Below are positions 52,208-64,000 of a stretch of 64,000 nt of DNA, piece after piece. Position 1 is the first letter of the stretch, and each line of letters starts with the position of its first letter. The stretch lies in assembly GCF_013315695.1 (NCBI RefSeq), contig NZ_CP054353.1. One strand, written 5' to 3'. Made by a program: the position numbers and the translations under genes. The stretch is from Escherichia coli. Lineage in GTDB: Bacteria; Pseudomonadota; Gammaproteobacteria; Enterobacterales; Enterobacteriaceae. The notes under the pieces are model-generated. The model saw nothing but the letters and a program-made list of their open reading frames with translations, was not told the origin of the DNA and ran no database searches.

Positions 52208-53219
52208 TTTTTTCCTTAAGCACTTTCAGATAATCCTGCACAGACTTGTTATGACTGGCAAGATTGGTATTAAACGTGTGACCACCTTTACCATCGGCCA
52301 CAAAATAGAGATACGGCGTTTTTGCCGGATGCGCAGCAGCCTTCAGCGAATCCGCCCCCGGCGTCGCTATCGCACCTGGCGGCAAACCGGTAATGGTATA
52401 GGTGTTATACGCTGTCGGCGTTTCCAGGTCTGCACGAGAAAGTTTGCCATTATAACGCTCTCCCATCCCGTAAATCACGGTCGGGTCGGTCTGCAGGCGC
52501 ATACCAATGCGTAACCGGTTGATAAATACCGAGGCCACCTGATCGCGTTCACTGGCAACGGCGGTTTCTTTTTCGATAATTGATGCCATCGTCACCAGCT
52601 GGTTTTTATCTTTATAGGGCAGACCGTCCGCACGCCCTTCCCAGGCGCTATCGACCGCTTTCACCATTTTCTTGTGCGCTCGCTTGAGTAACGCGACATC
52701 GGTGGTATTGGCGGTATACATCCAGGTGTCTGGCCAGAACCAACCTTCAATCCACTCCGGGTTTTCCAGTTCAAGTGCCTGCGCTACGGTGGCGTACTTA
52801 TCGTCGCTCAGCGTATGCTTGATATACGGGGCCTCACGCAATTGCTTGAGGTAATCGCTCAGACGCATCCCTTCTACCAGTCGCAGAGGGAACTGTGCTT
52901 CTTTACCGCTTTCCAGCAATTTCAGCATCTCGCGCACGGTCATCTGCGGTGTAAAGCGGTAAGTCCCGGCTTTAAAGTGAGAAAGATCCGGTTCGATACG
53001 CAGCAGCCATTGAAAAACCCGTGGGCGATTGATGATCTTATCGGCATAAAGCTGTTCACCTAGCGCCAGACGTCCGGTCCCTGGCTTCAGGGTAAATATC
53101 GTCTCTTCTTTGATAAGCAATTTGCTGTCGGCAAGATGGCGAACCTTCCAGACGCCCACACCAGCGGCGATACCCAGTACCACCAGTAATAACAAGATAA
53201 TCAATAACACTTTTTTCAT
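52197..53219 (-). CDS. mltG: Endolytic murein transglycosylase MltG/YceG
   Basis: 340-aa [39 protein letters not shown]... Confidence 0.93.
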
Positions 53220-53221
53220 GA

Positions 53222-54031
53222 CTAATTCGGGCGCTCACAAAGTGGGGCTAAATATTCATATAACGTTGCTGACGAAAAGGAGACATCGCCACAGGCACGT
53301 ACGGGCATCACTGGCATTAACGCATTACAAATAACCATCTCATCTGCCTGCAACGCCTCTTCCAGAGAGGCTTGCACTTCGACAAGCTGATAAGAGGATT
53401 GTGCCAGCAAACGGATACAGAATTGTCGCATAATGCCGTTAACACCTGCCTGATCCAGTCGCGGCGTATAAACTACGTTGCCCTTCCGCCAGAACAAATT
53501 AGCCGCACAGCATTCCGTAACCCACCCTTCGCTGTCAAGGACCAGCGCCTCATCAGCGTTTGTCTGCTCAAGATGAGAGCGGATCAATACTTGCTCAAGC
53601 CGATTAAGATGTTTAATACCTGCAAGATGAGGATTGCGCCCCAGCCGCACCGGGCTTAGCGCCAACGTCATCCCCTCGTTACGCAAACGGTCGTAATGTG
53701 CGGGATAAACCGTAACGGAGAGAATCCGCGTTGCCGGTCCGCTGTTCAATGTGCTGTATCCTCGCCCGCCACTACCGCGACTGATCACCACTTTCAGCAC
53801 ACCATTTTGCTGTTCTGCTGTCAGCGTTTTCATCTCTAGTTCAAGCTGAGGCCAGAAGTCACAGGAAATCATCAACCGCTGACAAGCATCCTGTAGTCGC
53901 TGGATATGCGCCGATAACAAACTGACTTTACCGTCGATAACTCTGGCGGTGGTAAAACAACCATCACCAAACTGCGTTGCCCGATCGCTTACTGCCAGCG
54001 ATTCCTGCTTATGACCGTTAATTAAGAACAT
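53222..54031 (-). CDS. pabC: Aminodeoxychorismate lyase PabC
   Basis: 269-aa [34 protein letters not shown]... Confidence 0.94.
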   Translation of the reverse strand: MFLINGHKQESLAVSDRATQFGDGCFTTARVIDGKVSLLSAHIQRLQDACQRLMISCDFWPQLELEMKTLTAEQQNGVLKVVISRGSGGRGYSTLNSGPATRILSVTVYPAHYDRLRNEGMTLALSPVRLGRNPHLAGIKHLNRLEQVLIRSHLEQTNADEALVLDSEGWVTECCAANLFWRKGNVVYTPRLDQAGVNGIMRQFCIRLLAQSSYQLVEVQASLEEALQADEMVICNALMPVMPVRACGDVSFSSATLYEYLAPLCERPN

Positions 54032-54150
54032 ACTGGCTCCTTATCAGAGAATTGTTAGTGTGGCAGCATGTTCACTACGGAACAAGTCGGAATAAAAGCT
54101 AAGAAAAAAGGCCCGCAAGCGGACCTTTTATAAGGGTGGGAAATGACAAC

Positions 54151-55422
<1,272 letters not shown>

Positions 55423-55445
55423 CTAGTGGGACAAAAAGATAAAAC

Positions 55446-55467
55446 TCAGGCGGTCGAACGACCGCCT
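55446..55467 (-). terminator. Intrinsic terminator downstream of acpP
   Basis: CAGGCGGTCG-aa-CGACCGCCTG stem-loop 13 bp after the acpP stop, followed by a T-rich run on the minus strand. Confidence 0.7.
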
Positions 55468-55479
55468 GGAGATGTTCAC

Positions 55480-55716
55480 TTACGCCTGGTGGCCGTTGAT
55501 GTAATCAATGGCAGCCTGAACGGTGGTGATTTTCTCAGCTTCTTCGTCCGGAATCTCAGTATCAAACTCTTCTTCCAGAGCCATTACCAGCTCAACGGTG
55601 TCAAGAGAATCCGCGCCCAGGTCTTCAACGAAAGAAGCATTGTTGGTAACTTCTTCCTGCTTAACGCCCAGCTGTTCGCCGATAATTTTCTTAACGCGTT
55701 CTTCGATAGTGCTCAT
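55480..55716 (-). CDS. acpP: Acyl carrier protein AcpP
   Basis: 78-aa [54 protein letters not shown]... Confidence 0.98.
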
Positions 55717-55926
55717 ACTCTTAAATTTCCTATCAAAACTCGCTTTCGCGATGGTTTTCGTAGTGTATAAAATGTTGAAAAATTTGCAACTAAATCCCGG
55801 CAGGTCTTACCACGATTTTACGTTATTTTGAGGCCTTACCCCCCAATAACGCAAATCATTTTGCACTAATTATTACTCATAACCACGCAGACTGCGCGCA
55901 ACATGAGCATTTTGTGCAAATCGCGG

Positions 55927-56661
55927 TCAGACCATGTACATCCCGCCGTTCACATGCAAAGTTTCACCCGTGATGTAAGCTGCTTCGTCGGATGCCAGGA
56001 ATGCAACCGCGTTGGCGATTTCCTGTGCGCCGCCGAGGCGACCCGCAGGAACCTGCGCCAGGATACCCGCACGCTGGTCATCGCTCAGCGCACGTGTCAT
56101 GTCCGTTTCAATAAAGCCCGGAGCAACAACGTTTACAGTAATACCGCGTGACGCAACTTCGCGCGCCAGTGATTTACTGAAGCCGATCAAGCCCGCTTTC
56201 GCCGCAGCGTAGTTGGCCTGACCGCCATTTCCCATGGTACCAACCACAGAACCGATAGTGATAATACGACCATGACGCTTTTTCATCATAGCGCGCATTA
56301 CCGCTTTTGACAGACGGAAAACAGATGAAAGGTTGGTTTCGATAATATCGTTCCACTCTTCATCTTTCATTCGCATTAACAGGTTATCACGAGTGATACC
56401 GGCATTATTGACCAGGATATCCACTTCACCAAATTCTGCGCGAATTTTTTCCAGAACAGATTCGATAGATGCCGGGTCGGTCACATTCAACATCAGACCT
56501 TTGCCGTTGGCACCTAAATAATCACTGATCGCCTGAGCGCCATTTTCACTGGTCGCAGTGCCAATAACTTTCGCGCCACGGGCTGCGAGCGTTTCAGCAA
56601 TTGCGCGGCCAATTCCGCGGCTTGCACCGGTTACCAGTGCGATTTTTCCTTCAAAATTCAT
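55927..56661 (-). CDS. fabG: 3-oxoacyl-ACP reductase FabG
   Basis: 244-aa ORF MNFEGKIALVTGASRGIGRAIAETLAARGAKVIGTATSENG... Confidence 0.97.
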   Translation of the reverse strand: MNFEGKIALVTGASRGIGRAIAETLAARGAKVIGTATSENGAQAISDYLGANGKGLMLNVTDPASIESVLEKIRAEFGEVDILVNNAGITRDNLLMRMKDEEWNDIIETNLSSVFRLSKAVMRAMMKKRHGRIITIGSVVGTMGNGGQANYAAAKAGLIGFSKSLAREVASRGITVNVVAPGFIETDMTRALSDDQRAGILAQVPAGRLGGAQEIANAVAFLASDEAAYITGETLHVNGGMYMV

Positions 56662-56673
56662 GATTTTCCTCTT

Positions 56674-57603
56674 TTAAAGCTCGAGCGCCGCTGCCATCGC
56701 TGAAGGTTCGTTCAGCGCCGAGGCGGTCAGGGTGTCGACAATGCGTTTCGTCAGGCCAGTAAGCACTTTGCCCGGGCCGACTTCATAGAGATGTTCTACG
56801 CCTTGCGCTGCCATGTATTCAACAGACTTCGTCCACTGAACCGGGTTATACAACTGACGTACCAGTGCGTCACGGATGGCATCACCATTGGTTTCGCATT
56901 TCACATCAACGTTATTCACAACAGGAACTGTTGGTGCGTTAAAGGTGATTTTCGCTAATTCTACTGCCAGTTTGTCGGCTGCTGGTTTCATCAGCGCACA
57001 GTGAGACGGTACGCTCACTGGTAACGGTAGAGCGCGTTTTGCGCCCGCAGCTTTACAGGCAGCGCCAGCACGCTCAACTGCTTCTTTATGACCGGCAATA
57101 ACCACCTGTCCCGGAGAGTTAAAGTTTACCGGAGAAACGACCTGACCTTCTGCAGCTTCTTCACACGCTTTCGCAATAGACGCATCATCCAGACCGATGA
57201 TTGCCGCCATAGCGCCCGTTCCTTCCGGTACGGCTTCTTGCATAAACTTACCGCGCATCTCAACCAGACGCATCGCATCAGCGAAATCAATCACGCCAGC
57301 GCATACCAGCGCGGAGTATTCCCCCAGGCTGTGACCGGCCATCATTGCCGGTGCTTTACCGCCCTGCTGCTGCCATACGCGATACAGCGCAACAGATGCA
57401 GTCAACAGCGCTGGCTGGGTTTGCCAGGTTTTATTCAGTTCTTCAGCTGGCCCCTGCTGGGTCAGCGCCCACAGGTCGTAGCCCAGCGCCGCAGAAGCTT
57501 CAGCAAACGTTTCTTCGACAATTGGATAGCTCGCCGCCATATCAGCCAGCATTCCAACGGTTTGAGAACCCTGTCCAGGGAACACAAATGCAAATTGCGT
57601 CAT
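56674..57603 (-). CDS. fabD: Malonyl-CoA:ACP transacylase FabD
   Basis: 309-aa ORF MTQFAFVFPGQGSQTVGMLADMAASYPIVEETF... Confidence 0.97.
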   Translation of the reverse strand: MTQFAFVFPGQGSQTVGMLADMAASYPIVEETFAEASAALGYDLWALTQQGPAEELNKTWQTQPALLTASVALYRVWQQQGGKAPAMMAGHSLGEYSALVCAGVIDFADAMRLVEMRGKFMQEAVPEGTGAMAAIIGLDDASIAKACEEAAEGQVVSPVNFNSPGQVVIAGHKEAVERAGAACKAAGAKRALPLPVSVPSHCALMKPAADKLAVELAKITFNAPTVPVVNNVDVKCETNGDAIRDALVRQLYNPVQWTKSVEYMAAQGVEHLYEVGPGKVLTGLTKRIVDTLTASALNEPSAMAAALEL

Positions 57604-57618
57604 GTTTTAATCCTTATC

Positions 57619-58572
57619 CTAGAAACGAACCAGCGCGGAGCCCCAGGTGAATCCACCGCCAAAGGCTTCAAGCAGAACCAACTGCCCCGGCTTAATGCGC
57701 CCGTCGCGTACAGCTTCATCCAGAGCGCACGGGACAGAGGCCGCAGAGGTATTACCGTGGCGATCCAGCGTCACCACGACATTGTCCATCGACATACCGA
57801 GTTTTTTCGCCGTTGCACTGATAATACGCAGGTTAGCCTGATGCGGAACCAGCCAGTCCAGTTGAGAACGGTCAAGATTATTCGCCGCCAGCGTCTCATC
57901 AACGATGTGCGCCAGTTCTGTTACCGCAACCTTGAAGACTTCGTTGCCCGCCATCGTCAGATGAATTGAATTCTCTGGATTCACACGGTCAGCATTAGGC
58001 AGCGTCAGCAACTCACCATAGCTACCGTCGGCATGCAGATGGGTGGAGATGATTCCCGGCTCTTCAGAGGCAGCCAGCACCGCAGCGCCCGCGCCATCGC
58101 CAAAAATAATAATAGTCCCACGATCTGTTGGATCGCAGGTGCGCGCCAGTACATCGGAACCGACGACCAGAGCATACTTCACCGCCCCAGATTTCACGTA
58201 TTGATCGGCTACGCTTAATGCATAGGTGAAACCTGCGCAGGCTGCTGCAACGTCAAATGCCGGGCAACCTTTAATGCCCAGCATGCTTTGAATCTGACAA
58301 GCTGCGCTCGGGAAAGCGTGCGTCGCAGAAGTCGTTGCCACAACGATCAGGCCAATCTGGTCTTTCTCAATACCCGCCATCTCAATTGCGCGTGTCGCCG
58401 CTTCAAAGCCCATGGTTGAAACGGTTTCGTTTGGCGCGGCAATGTGGCGTTCGCGGATACCGGTACGAGTGACAATCCACTCGTCAGAGGTGTCCACCAT
58501 TTTTTCCAAATCGGCGTTTGTCCGCACTTGTTCGGGCAGATAGCTGCCAGTACCAATAATCTTCGTATACAT
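57619..58572 (-). CDS. fabH: 3-oxoacyl-ACP synthase III FabH
   Basis: 317-aa [46 protein letters not shown]... Confidence 0.97.
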
Positions 58573-58639
58573 GTACGCTCAGTCACTTTTCGGTTATATA
58601 CCGTCACTTGCAAACTGCGAGTTCGCTGGCAGCGTCCTG

Positions 58640-59710
58640 CTACCGCAGAGTTCCGCTTTTGCCACCGTCCAGCAGCTCAAAACCAGCTGGGTATACAGAT
58701 TCCAGGCGAGCGGCAATTCGCTGAGGAACTTGTCGCTGCACCGCCTGCACTGCCTGTTCAATCGCGACCGCAAAAGCTCGCTGATTGGCTGCACCATGAC
58801 TTTTTATCACCGTGCCGCGCAATCCTAACAGACAGGCGCCGTTATACTGGTCGGGGTTGAGGTGACTGAATCGCCTCGTCAGGCTCTTTTGTAGCCAACG
58901 CTTTAATAACAGTAGCCACCACGACCGTTTTTTCCCTTCACCCTGAGATTTCAGCAGAGAAAGGAACATCCTGACAACACCTTCCATCGTCTTTAATGTG
59001 ACATTTCCTATAAAGCCGTCACAAACCAGCACATCTGTCTTGCCAGTTAACAACTCATTGGCTTCAAGATAGCCGATATAATTGATAGAAGGGATTGTTT
59101 TAAGCACCGCTGAGGCATCCCGAATACTGTCGAGACCCTTTACTTCTTCTTCACCAATATTGAGCAACGCCACGCGAGGATTAGGAATTTCCACCACCTC
59201 TTCAGCCAGAACTGAGCCCATAATGGCAAATTGCACCAACATTGTACTGTCACAATCGACGTTGGCCCCTAAATCGAGGACCACCGTTTTGCCCTTTTGC
59301 TGATGCGGTAATACCGTCACCAGCGCCGGACGCTCAATCCCCTCCAGGGGCTTGAGTAATAATTTTGCCAGCCCCATCAGCGCCCCGGTATTACCGGCAC
59401 TGACACAGGCTTGCGCTCGACCTTCTTTCACCAGCTCCAGGGCCACGCGCATTGAACTCCCACGACTGGCGCGGATAGCTTGCGAAGGCCGGGCATCACT
59501 GGCGATAACTGACTGCGCAGGAATAATCTGCAGACGCGAACGTTGTTCAAAGTCAGCTTTAGCAAGTAATGGCGTGATGGCGTCGGGATTGCCGACTAAA
59601 AGAAGAGTGAGTTGCGAATTAGAATTCAGTGCCTGCAATGCTGCAGGCACTGTCACGGAAGGGCCAAAATCCCCTCCCATGACATCTAACGCCAGGGTTA
59701 GACGTGTCAA
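58640..59710 (-). CDS. plsX: Phosphate acyltransferase PlsX
   Basis: 356-aa [43 protein letters not shown]... Confidence 0.95.
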   Translation of the reverse strand: MTRLTLALDVMGGDFGPSVTVPAALQALNSNSQLTLLLVGNPDAITPLLAKADFEQRSRLQIIPAQSVIASDARPSQAIRASRGSSMRVALELVKEGRAQACVSAGNTGALMGLAKLLLKPLEGIERPALVTVLPHQQKGKTVVLDLGANVDCDSTMLVQFAIMGSVLAEEVVEIPNPRVALLNIGEEEVKGLDSIRDASAVLKTIPSINYIGYLEANELLTGKTDVLVCDGFIGNVTLKTMEGVVRMFLSLLKSQGEGKKRSWWLLLLKRWLQKSLTRRFSHLNPDQYNGACLLGLRGTVIKSHGAANQRAFAVAIEQAVQAVQRQVPQRIAARLESVYPAGFELLDGGKSGTLR

Positions 59711-59790
59711 GGTATCGTCGCCGCCCGGTTTGGTCTTTCCCCAGTTGCCTGGGGAAAATCCTCACTAAGCTTCATCACGCAGACGCGTGA

Positions 59791-59976
<186 letters not shown>

Positions 59977-60015
59977 TCAATTACGGTTTATCCCCGATCC
60001 AACGGGGAGCACCAA

Positions 60016-60735
<720 letters not shown>

Positions 60736-61320
60736 ATGCCTAAACTTATTTTAGCCTCCACTTCGCCCTGGCGTCGCGCTCTTCTGGAAAAACTGCAAAT
60801 CTCTTTTGAATGTGCAGCACCAGAGGTCGACGAAACCCCACGCAGCGACGAATCACCGCGACAGTTGGTGCTTCGACTGGCACAAGAAAAAGCGCAATCT
60901 CTGGCGTCACGTTATCCGGATCATTTAATTATTGGTTCAGACCAGGTATGTGTTCTTGATGGCGAAATCACCGGTAAACCGTTAACGGAAGAAAATGCCC
61001 GTCTGCAATTACGCAAAGCCAGCGGCAATATCGTCACCTTCTATACTGGACTGGCGTTGTTTAATTCGGCGAATGGGCATCTGCAAACAGAAGTGGAGCC
61101 TTTTGACGTCCATTTCCGTCACCTGAGCGAGGCGGAGATTGATAATTACGTGCGTAAGGAGCATCCCCTGCACTGCGCGGGTAGCTTTAAGAGTGAAGGA
61201 TTTGGCATTACGCTGTTTGAGCGTTTAGAGGGGCGAGATCCTAACACGCTGGTTGGTTTACCGCTAATCGCGCTGTGTCAGATGTTACGTCGGGAAGGGA
61301 AAAACCCGCTGATGGGATAG
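60736..61320 (+). CDS. yceF: Maf-like nucleoside triphosphate pyrophosphatase YceF
   Basis: Track ORF 60697..61320; start set at [21 protein letters not shown] (194 aa). Confidence 0.9.
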
Positions 61321-61327
61321 TTGTTTG

Positions 61328-61405
61328 CGCCGGATGCGGTTACGTCGCATCCGGCAATCGGTGCTGGCGGCCTGATGCGGCGTAAACGCCTTATCAGGCC
61401 AACCG
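61328..61405. repeat. REP element pair
   Basis: GCGCCGGATGCGGTTACGTCGCATCCGGC and GCCTGATGCGGCGTAAACGCCTTATCAGGC between yceF and rluC. Confidence 0.8.
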
Positions 61406-61431
61406 CCCATTATCAGGTTTATATGCTTGTA

Positions 61432-62391
61432 TTAGCGCGCGTTACGCAGCTTTTGCAAACAACGCTTCAAACCTTCATCCATCGGCGCTTCGATACGCAT
61501 CACCTCTCCGGTCCCCGGATGGGTAAATTTCAACGCTGCGGCGTGCAGGAACAGACGATTTAATCCCGTGCCGGCTTCAGTGAGCTGTCTGTCAAATTCA
61601 CGGTCACCGTAGCGATCGTCAAAGGCAATCGGATGACCCGCATACTGTGTATGCACACGGATCTGATGAGTACGCCCTGTTACCGGGCTACAACGCACCA
61701 GGGTGGCAAATGCATAGCGTTCTTCCACTTTAAAGCGTGTTTCCGACGGTTTGCCTTCCTGACTGACACGCACGATACGTTCGCCGCTTTGCAGAATATT
61801 TTTCAATAACGGCGCTTGAACGCTCTTCACATGCGACTGCCACTGACCGCGCACCAGCGCCAGGTAATCTTTTTGCATCCCTTTTTCACGTAATTGCTCA
61901 TGCAGAGAACGCAACGCCGAGCGTTTTTTCGCTACCAGCAACACACCTGAAGTGTCCCGGTCGAGACGATGAACCAGTTCAAGGAACCGCGCTTCCGGGC
62001 GCAACGCCCGCAAACCTTCGATAACGCCGAAGCTTAAACCACTGCCGCCATGTACCGCCGTACCGGAAGGTTTATTCAGCACCAGGATATGGTCATCTTC
62101 ATATAAGATGACGTCCGCCAGCGCTGCCACCTTTTGCAGATGTGGCGAAACCGCCTCTTCTTCCCGTTCAGCAACGCGAACCGGTGGGATGCGTACCTCA
62201 TCACCCGCTTCGAGTTTATATTCAGGCTTAATACGTTTTTTGTTCACCCGCACTTCGCCTTTACGCAAAATACGGTAAATCATACTTTTTGGTACACCTT
62301 TCAATTGGGTACGCAAAAAGTTATCGATACGTTGCCCCGCTTCGTCAGCGGTGATAGCAACAATTTTTACGGATGGAGTCTCTGTTTTCAT
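61432..62391 (-). CDS. rluC: 23S rRNA pseudouridine955/2504/2580 synthase RluC
   Basis: 319-aa ORF MKTETPSVKIVAITADEAGQRIDNFLRTQLKGVPKSMIYRILRKGEVRVN... Confidence 0.95.
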   Translation of the reverse strand: MKTETPSVKIVAITADEAGQRIDNFLRTQLKGVPKSMIYRILRKGEVRVNKKRIKPEYKLEAGDEVRIPPVRVAEREEEAVSPHLQKVAALADVILYEDDHILVLNKPSGTAVHGGSGLSFGVIEGLRALRPEARFLELVHRLDRDTSGVLLVAKKRSALRSLHEQLREKGMQKDYLALVRGQWQSHVKSVQAPLLKNILQSGERIVRVSQEGKPSETRFKVEERYAFATLVRCSPVTGRTHQIRVHTQYAGHPIAFDDRYGDREFDRQLTEAGTGLNRLFLHAAALKFTHPGTGEVMRIEAPMDEGLKRCLQKLRNAR

Positions 62392-62963
62392 GGTGGGCGA
62401 TTCTAATTAGCCAACAGGATTCGCGCCACTCATTTTTCTATGCTTATATTTAGTTTTGCACCTTATTACTTCACTACGTGATCACTTTATTGATGGTTAT
62501 TAAACCAATCACCAGCAAGAAGTGAAAAAACTGTGAGTAAGCAGGTGATAAATGGTAAAAGTCATCTTGCTATAACAAGGCTTGCAGTGGAATAATGAGG
62601 CCGTTTCCGTGTCCATCCTTGTTAAAACAAGAAATTTTACGGAATAACCCATTTTGCCCGACCGATCATCCACGCAGCAATGGCGTAAGACGTATTGATC
62701 TTTCAGGCAGTTAGCGGGCTGCGGGTTGCAGTCCTTACCGGTAGATGGAAATATTTCTGGAGAGTAATACCCAGTCTGTTTCTTTGATAATTGCGCTGTT
62801 TTTCCGCATGAAAAACGGGCAACCGACACTCTGCGCCTCTTTGAGCTGACGATAACCGTGAGGTTGGCGACGCGACTAGACACGAGGCCATCGGTTCACA
62901 CCCGGAAAGGCGTTACTTTGCCCGCAGCTTAGTCGTCAATGTAAGAATAATGAGTAAGTTACG
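62392..62963 (+). promoter_or_regulatory. rne promoter region and long structured 5' UTR (established site of RNase E autoregulation)
   Basis: 572-bp non-coding region upstream of the rne ATG; transcript start not mapped. Confidence 0.55.
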
Positions 62964-64000
62964 ATGAAAAGAATGTTAATCAACGCAACTCAGCAGGAAG
63001 AGTTGCGCGTTGCCCTTGTAGATGGGCAGCGTCTGTATGACCTGGATATCGAAAGTCCAGGGCACGAGCAGAAAAAGGCAAACATCTACAAAGGTAAAAT
63101 CACCCGCATTGAACCGAGTCTGGAAGCTGCTTTTGTTGATTATGGCGCTGAACGTCACGGTTTCCTCCCACTAAAAGAAATTGCCCGCGAATATTTCCCT
63201 GCTAACTACAGTGCTCATGGTCGTCCCAACATTAAAGATGTGTTGCGTGAAGGTCAGGAAGTCATTGTTCAGATCGATAAAGAAGAGCGCGGCAACAAAG
63301 GCGCGGCATTAACCACCTTTATCAGTCTGGCGGGTAGCTATCTGGTTCTGATGCCGAACAACCCGCGCGCGGGTGGCATTTCTCGTCGTATCGAAGGCGA
63401 CGACCGTACCGAATTAAAAGAAGCACTGGCAAGCCTTGAACTGCCGGAAGGCATGGGGCTTATCGTGCGCACCGCTGGCGTCGGCAAATCTGCTGAGGCG
63501 CTGCAATGGGATTTAAGCTTCCGTCTGAAACACTGGGAAGCCATCAAAAAAGCCGCTGAAAGCCGCCCGGCTCCGTTCCTGATTCATCAGGAGAGCAACG
63601 TAATCGTTCGCGCATTCCGCGATTACTTACGTCAGGACATCGGCGAAATCCTTATCGATAACCCGAAAGTGCTCGAACTGGCACGCCAGCATATCGCTGC
63701 ATTAGGTCGCCCGGATTTCAGCAGCAAAATCAAACTGTACACCGGCGAGATCCCGCTGTTCAGCCACTACCAGATCGAGTCACAGATTGAGTCCGCCTTC
63801 CAGCGTGAAGTTCGTCTGCCATCCGGTGGTTCCATTGTTATCGACAGCACCGAAGCGTTAACCGCCATCGACATCAACTCCGCACGCGCGACCCGCGGCG
63901 GCGATATCGAAGAAACCGCGTTTAACACCAACCTCGAAGCTGCCGATGAGATTGCTCGTCAGCTGCGCCTGCGTGACCTCGGCGGCCTGATTGTTATCGA
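62964..64000 (+). CDS. rne: Ribonuclease E, N-terminal catalytic region (partial, runs off the window end)
   Basis: Manual translation from the ATG at 62964: [61 protein letters not shown]...; no stop within window. Confidence 0.96.
   Translation, partial: MKRMLINATQQEELRVALVDGQRLYDLDIESPGHEQKKANIYKGKITRIEPSLEAAFVDYGAERHGFLPLKEIAREYFPANYSAHGRPNIKDVLREGQEVIVQIDKEERGNKGAALTTFISLAGSYLVLMPNNPRAGGISRRIEGDDRTELKEALASLELPEGMGLIVRTAGVGKSAEALQWDLSFRLKHWEAIKKAAESRPAPFLIHQESNVIVRAFRDYLRQDIGEILIDNPKVLELARQHIAALGRPDFSSKIKLYTGEIPLFSHYQIESQIESAFQREVRLPSGGSIVIDSTEALTAIDINSARATRGGDIEETAFNTNLEAADEIARQLRLRDLGGLIVI

Overview
This window is an Escherichia coli chromosomal segment, syntenic (in reverse orientation) with the K-12 region running from ymgF/pdeG through icd, phoPQ, the pot and lol operons, mfd, ndh, fhuE, ptsG and the fab cluster to the 5' end of rne. 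Gene identities come from reading the supplied ORF translations against remembered K-12 protein sequences; no database search was run. Almost all of it is conserved core genome. Three things depart from the K-12 layout. (1) A roughly 1.5 kb insertion sits in the 5' end of rluE, between the icd promoter region and the rluE body. It leaves a 17-codon K-12-like rluE start remnant, carries two translationally coupled genes of unknown function (a basic 149-aa protein and an acidic 111-aa protein), and supplies a divergent replacement rluE N-terminus. This is the best candidate for an undescribed system, most plausibly a toxin-immunity or toxin-antitoxin-like pair; function is not established. (2) An IS2 copy is inserted in ymgF with a 5-bp target duplication, and its right inverted repeat appears to carry a 14-bp internal deletion. 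(3) icd is intact and directly adjacent to iraM, with no e14 prophage, and iraM is bracketed by two copies of a ~50-bp hairpin-containing repeat. REP elements, several intrinsic terminators and a PhoP box upstream of phoP are also visible. No CRISPR array, tRNA or rRNA gene was found.
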